Sequence record: MZ475897.1
Length of the DNA stretch: 64,000 bases
Direction: 5' to 3' (one strand)
The translations under genes and the position numbers were made by a program. Shown here in pieces: positions 61,094 through 64,000 of the stretch (position 1 is its first letter; the number at the start of each line of letters is the position of its first letter). Below the pieces are notes generated by a model. It searched no databases. It saw nothing but the letters and a program-made list of their open reading frames with translations, and was not told the origin of the DNA.

Positions 61094-61625
61094 CGAAAAT
61101 CGTTTACCAGCGGAGACAAAAGGTGCGTTAACACGGTGTATCATCTGCGGTCAGTTCAGTCGCGCGATTCACTACCACCATACTGTTCCCCGCTCACTGG
61201 GAGGCGAGCACTCGCTCCAAATCCCAATAGACGGTAACTGCCACACAACGCTCCATGCGAAAGCAGAAGCTGTGGTAGCGCGTTTGGCCGGTAACCGTAA
61301 ACAACCAATTGGTCAGTTCTGGGACGACCCAGATGCTGAGCAACGAGCTGAAATGTGGCTAACGATTCTGGTAGATGCAATGCTTAATCCTCCAGTGCAG
61401 CCCGGACAGAAAGAAGTCCTGTTGCCGATGATTAAGGTTGATTTAGAAACCAGACATGCGTTAGAATTGTTGAAGCGTGACACACCAGGCATAACAAACA
61501 TGGGCCAAGTGTTGCGCTACTGTATTGAGACAACGTTAAAGGTTAAGGGGTTAAAAAATGGCAAATCAGAAAATCCGCACTCTGGACATCAAAGCACTCG
61601 TAAAAAGCGAGATGACCTGTGGTGA
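61086..61625 (+). CDS. HNH-family nuclease domain with C-terminal RHH-like segment
   Basis: CIICG...HYHHTVPRSLGG...DGNCHTTLH; MIKVDLETRHALELLK...MGQVLRYCI. Confidence 0.7.
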   Translation: MANENRLPAETKGALTRCIICGQFSRAIHYHHTVPRSLGGEHSLQIPIDGNCHTTLHAKAEAVVARLAGNRKQPIGQFWDDPDAEQRAEMWLTILVDAMLNPPVQPGQKEVLLPMIKVDLETRHALELLKRDTPGITNMGQVLRYCIETTLKVKGLKNGKSENPHSGHQSTRKKRDDLW

Positions 61626-62421
61626 TTGCAGAGGGTTGACGCGGGATGCGTTATTACCTACAGCGGAAAAACCATGTGCTACTCAAGGGCAGTTGCCGGA
61701 TGCTAAGATCTGCAAACACTATCGCCCTGACAGCGCATCACTGACTACCTTAATGTCTGAGAATGGCGATTCACTGATCGCTATGTTCAACACAGTCAAA
61801 GACTTTAGCACCAAAGACTTGCACGTTGTTGCTGGTCTGTTGTTACGTGAAGCGAAGACACGTAGCTACGGTGTGCGCATAGGTCAAGCTGTGTTCGTGC
61901 GCTATCAAGGCCGCGAGACGCGCAACTATCTCAACAACTTTATGGCAGCGCGTGTGCTTGACGTTGACGACGAAACGATTCGCCTTATTTCCGAGAAGGG
62001 TGACATTGTTCTGACTTACGCCAACACAGGGTTCTCTGGACCGTCTGTCTATTCTAAACAGCAATTCACCAAACTGCGCAAGGAGATGAAAGCCAGTGGT
62101 AAGTTGATCGATCCTGAACGTCAGATCAAGACTACGAAACGCATGTTACCTATGGAAGACAATGTTAGCTTCTCCGCACCAAGCTCGCTCGATGGCTTCT
62201 CAATCCCGATGATGGATGAAGTTGTCAAAGGCCGTGGTGCTAAGCGTAAGGGCAAGAAGACCAACACGCTGGTGGACATTGTGAGCATGATCGATAACGG
62301 TTATGACATGGGTGCAGAGCAAGACGAGTCTGGTGTTATGTCGCTGGGCAGTAACAGCTACAAGAACAAAGGCAAGCGCATTCAGAAGGGCGCTGTCGAA
62401 CTGTCTGACCTCGAAGGTTAA
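61558..62421 (+). CDS. hypothetical protein with N-terminal Cys cluster
   Basis: CGDC...PC...C; overlaps the previous ORF by 68 nt. Confidence 0.8.
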   Translation: MANQKIRTLDIKALVKSEMTCGDCRGLTRDALLPTAEKPCATQGQLPDAKICKHYRPDSASLTTLMSENGDSLIAMFNTVKDFSTKDLHVVAGLLLREAKTRSYGVRIGQAVFVRYQGRETRNYLNNFMAARVLDVDDETIRLISEKGDIVLTYANTGFSGPSVYSKQQFTKLRKEMKASGKLIDPERQIKTTKRMLPMEDNVSFSAPSSLDGFSIPMMDEVVKGRGAKRKGKKTNTLVDIVSMIDNGYDMGAEQDESGVMSLGSNSYKNKGKRIQKGAVELSDLEG

Positions 62422-62463
62422 TCTGAACAACTCTTACCATAATATACGATTAGGATCTCGGAA

Positions 62464-63603
62464 ATGATCACAGAAGAAATCACTCTTAATGCTTACCTCT
62501 CACAGCGTCTGAACCTCGAAGAAGATTCAGAGCAATTCCGCCGAGTATACGCAGCCACGATCAAATATATTGGCAGCGGTTATAAGTCTATCGCAGGTTA
62601 TCATCGTGACCTGCAATCCGAAGTAGATTTTAAGCAATTTGAGTTCACAGCGCCAGACTTGCGTATTGATATTTCTTCCGTATGTCGTTTTACTCTCAAG
62701 CTGCGTTTCTTCGTGCTGGCTGTATGCTTGCACAAGGACCCAAAAGAGATTGTTCAAAAGTATGCAGCGTATGGTCTCTCCAAGCGTGAGGCCGTGCTTG
62801 CATGGAATACATTGTTGAAAGAAGTCGCAGCCCGCACACAGATTCGTCGTATGGCCAAACAGAAGTCCAAGACTAAGGGCGGCCTTGATGTTACGATGGT
62901 TAGTAGTCGTGAGCTTCGTCTTCGCCTTGACCAGACAGCCAGCCTGTTTGCTGAATTGCATCGCAGTGCGAAGCGTCTGGTCAGAAAAAATCTCATGTGG
63001 GTGAGCAAGAGCGAGAACATCCCTCTGCCAGATCTGACCTGTGACATTATGTGCAAGGTGCTGTTGTCGTATTATCAGTCCCTGCCTAATCGTTTCTCAG
63101 AAGCCCACCAGCTCAACTACCTGCGTGCGTCTCTGAACAACCGCATCAACAACATGAACAACTACTACAGTGCAGACTGCCGCAAGCGTATGCACAAAGT
63201 GGGCGAAGACAAGTATGAGATTCTTGTTATGTCTGACAATCAGATGTGGCACAATCCAGAAGATGATTCGTCTGCCTCGTATGAGGACCTGTTGGCTTCT
63301 GATGCGCGTGTTCATACCGAAGAGATGGAAAACAATCTGACTATTAATCGCCTTCTTGAGGAAGCTGAAGGCACTAAGCGCCACAAGCTGTACAGTACGG
63401 TGTTGGGCCGAGACTGTGCCGAGTTCACTGAGTATCTCCGTGACAACGGTATGCTCAAACAGACAATGACGTGTGCGACTCAATGGTTCATGGCCAAGCC
63501 CTACAAGTTCATTCGTAAGCATCTTGCGCAATGGCTTGAAGTGGCAGTTGAGACGGTTAACGCCGGTCTGGTAACATTACGTGGTTCTTTGCAGGCAGCA
63601 TGA
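62464..63603 (+). CDS. possible divergent sigma-70/ECF-like transcription factor
   Basis: LPDLTCDIMCKVLLSYYQSLPNRFSEAHQLNYLRASLNNRINNMNNYY resembles sigma region 2; SASYEDLL resembles region 3 SLD; region-4 HTH not evident. Confidence 0.4.
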   Translation: MITEEITLNAYLSQRLNLEEDSEQFRRVYAATIKYIGSGYKSIAGYHRDLQSEVDFKQFEFTAPDLRIDISSVCRFTLKLRFFVLAVCLHKDPKEIVQKYAAYGLSKREAVLAWNTLLKEVAARTQIRRMAKQKSKTKGGLDVTMVSSRELRLRLDQTASLFAELHRSAKRLVRKNLMWVSKSENIPLPDLTCDIMCKVLLSYYQSLPNRFSEAHQLNYLRASLNNRINNMNNYYSADCRKRMHKVGEDKYEILVMSDNQMWHNPEDDSSASYEDLLASDARVHTEEMENNLTINRLLEEAEGTKRHKLYSTVLGRDCAEFTEYLRDNGMLKQTMTCATQWFMAKPYKFIRKHLAQWLEVAVETVNAGLVTLRGSLQAA

Positions 63604-63992
63604 GAGGTCACCAATTAGATATGCAGCAGTCAATCATCAACACTGATTTGGAGCGCTCAGCTTTCGCTCTGTTCAGCCGTTCTCAGTTAGCTGAGGACTA
63701 TAAGCGTACCGTATTGTATCTCGTGTATAAGACTGTAAATCGTAATGGCATGATGCAGGTTAATCGCCTCATCTATGAACTCGGTCAGAAGTATGAACTC
63801 AACCGCGAAGATGTTAAGTCAGCTATCGGTGCGCTCAAAGCTCCGTTCGCGTTTAACGCGCTGTCTGTGTTCGTGCCTCGTGCCGACGTTAAAACAAATC
63901 GAGTGTGTCGTACTAGCTCTAACCCTGCGATTGATAATTGGTTAGCAGAAGTAGAGCACAATTTCCCACACATCAGTCGTATGTTGCAGTAG
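63600..63992 (+). CDS. hypothetical protein, possible winged helix
   Basis: ATGA overlap; VNRLIYELGQKYELNREDVKSAIGAL. Confidence 0.7.
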   Translation: MRGHQLDMQQSIINTDLERSAFALFSRSQLAEDYKRTVLYLVYKTVNRNGMMQVNRLIYELGQKYELNREDVKSAIGALKAPFAFNALSVFVPRADVKTNRVCRTSSNPAIDNWLAEVEHNFPHISRMLQ

Positions 63993-64000
63993 GGGCGCAG

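Overview
A 64-kb segment of a large (jumbo-type) dsDNA bacteriophage genome. About 100 tightly packed genes all lie on the + strand. No tRNA, rRNA or CRISPR array was seen. Recognisable genes: a 5'-truncated RecA-like recombinase with a 347-aa intein, an AcrVA2-like protein, an AmsF/WceF-like EPS-acting tailspike-fold protein, a DUF6939/NADAR-like protein, a GNAT, KptA/Tpt1, a radical SAM enzyme, a DksA/TraR C4 zinc finger, UvsE, a dUTPase with an insertion, a lytic transglycosylase, an HD hydrolase, type IIA topoisomerase B and A subunits split by three small ORFs, an HNH nuclease and a possible sigma-like protein. This content is reminiscent of Erwinia/Dickeya jumbo myoviruses (inference; not checked by search). 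The most striking unexplained structure is: (1) 13 promoters with a fixed TGGACAAAAT...TGnTATAAT architecture, 37-39 nt apart; (2) two paralogous structured RNA elements (~40990-41085 and ~42050-42135) with a compensatory base-pair change; (3) a block (41-55 kb) of D/E-rich disordered proteins sharing a repeated ~38-40-aa helix-extension-helix-like module, interleaved with K/A-rich histone-H1-like proteins; (4) a promoter - small peptide - radical SAM unit with a Cys-rich repeated tail. All family calls are from motif recognition without database searches. Several start codons were moved from the supplied ORF track to the codon following an evident Shine-Dalgarno site.
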